Below, one piece after another: positions 63,492 to 64,000 of a stretch of 64,000 nt of DNA (position 1 is the stretch's first letter; every line of letters starts with the position of its first letter). Location of the stretch: IMG/VR virus record IMGVR_UViG_3300045988_061617, positions 21,424-85,423 of that record, one strand, 5' to 3'. This DNA comes from a virus. The position numbers were made by a program, and so were the translations under genes. The notes beneath the pieces were generated by a model. It searched no databases, was not told where the DNA came from, and worked only from the letters and a program-made list of their open reading frames with translations.

Positions 63492-63717
63492 ATTAATTAC
63501 TCATCAACCAATTAACCCATTTATAGGTAAGTCATTCAAGATAGTTACCTATCAGGGTGATAAAGAACTTGCCTCAGAGGCAATAGAAATTGAATCTCAA
63601 TCAGAATTGAAAACAATTCTAGATGGGATAAAACAATTCAATAATACTCAAGAGGAATTATTAAAATCTGGATATTCCCCGAAATCCGTACTTATAAAGA
63701 GACTTATAACAGAGTGA
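63478..63717 (+). CDS. Hypothetical protein
   Basis: 79-aa ORF. No motif recognised. Confidence 0.45.
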   Translation: MKDTKLITHQPINPFIGKSFKIVTYQGDKELASEAIEIESQSELKTILDGIKQFNNTQEELLKSGYSPKSVLIKRLITE

Positions 63718-63755
63718 AATAAGATTATTAATTAACCAACTTAAACATTACGAAA

Positions 63756-64000
63756 ATGGCTAAGAAGAAAAAAGAAGTGGAACTGAAAGAAGTTTCCAGA
63801 ACAGAAATCAATGGTGCAATTATCATTAAGTATGAAGATGGCTCAGTAAAAATCATTCCGGCTCCTATCTCCTTAACTGCTGAGGAAGCTGAAGACCTCT
63901 TTGGTGCTGAATCAGAAGAGGAAGAAGAGGAAGAAGAGGAAGAAGAGGAAGAAGAGGAAGAAGAGGAAGAAGAGGAAGAAGAGGAAGAAGAGGAAGAAGA
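63756..64000 (+). CDS. Hypothetical protein with a poly-Glu tract, 3' end beyond the window
   Basis: MAKKKKEVELKEVSRTEINGAIIIKYEDGSVKIIPAPISLTAEEAEDLFGAESEEEEEE... It is open to the window edge, so it is not in the ORF track. Confidence 0.55.
   Translation, partial: MAKKKKEVELKEVSRTEINGAIIIKYEDGSVKIIPAPISLTAEEAEDLFGAESEEEEEEEEEEEEEEEEEEEEEEEEEEEE
63915..64000 (+). repeat. Tandem 9-bp repeat (GAAGAAGAG)n encoding poly-Glu, truncated by the window edge
   Basis: GAAGAG followed by at least 8 perfect copies of GAAGAAGAG, continuing to position 64000. Confidence 0.9.

Noticed and set aside
63915-64000. Considered whether the short perfect tandem repeats could be a CRISPR array or a non-coding satellite
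   Set aside because: The period is 9 bp with no spacers, and the repeats are in frame within an ORF encoding poly-Glu. This is a coding microsatellite, not CRISPR.

Overview
The window is an AT-rich, densely coding stretch of a tailed dsDNA phage with a contractile tail (myovirus type). Almost every gene is on the + strand.

Gene layout:
- 417-36850: one co-directional structural block. It runs large terminase, portal, protease/scaffold, HK97-type major capsid protein, a 1894-aa fibre, a BACON-like repeat protein, sheath, tube, chaperone with a -1 frameshift site, and tape measure. It ends with a Mu/P2-like baseplate (LysM gpX-like, gpD-like hub, gpV, gpW/gp25, gpJ, gpI-like), a holin-like protein and a tail-collar fibre.
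- 36961-37614: the only complete minus-strand gene, a sigma-factor-like protein.
- 37789-64000: replication, recombination, nucleotide metabolism and regulation. Calls are DnaB-like helicase, primase, SF2 helicase, trimeric dUTPase, an all-alpha NTP pyrophosphatase-like protein, two tandem thymidylate-synthase-fold paralogs, family A DNA polymerase, GroES-like protein, RecA/UvsX-like recombinase and FEN/RNase H. These are followed by a dNMP/dN kinase-like protein, SbcD/SbcC-like nuclease, PD-(D/E)xK resolvase-like protein, a NusG-like protein and an HTH protein.
- Five HNH_3 homing-endonuclease paralogs are scattered through the window. One is a partial minus-strand copy at the left edge that is missing from the ORF track.

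I saw no rRNA, tRNA, CRISPR array, integrase or recognisable endolysin.

Host inference: start codons lack Shine-Dalgarno sequences, TAnnTTTG-type promoter boxes are present, and BACON-like and PKD domains occur. These point to a Bacteroidota host, but this is inference.

Most interesting observations:
1. A T4-like pyrimidine-modification gene set in which both TS-fold paralogs carry Asp at the Asn177-equivalent specificity position.
2. A phage transcription module (sigma-like, NusG-like and HTH proteins, plus an 18-bp box shared by two promoters) alongside several intrinsic terminators inside long co-directional operons.
3. A canonical T_TTT_TTC -1 frameshift site upstream of the tape measure gene.
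4. An orphan protein with a Gly-zipper and CCC triplets.

All calls rest on reading the sequence and on motif recognition by eye. No searches or computations were run.
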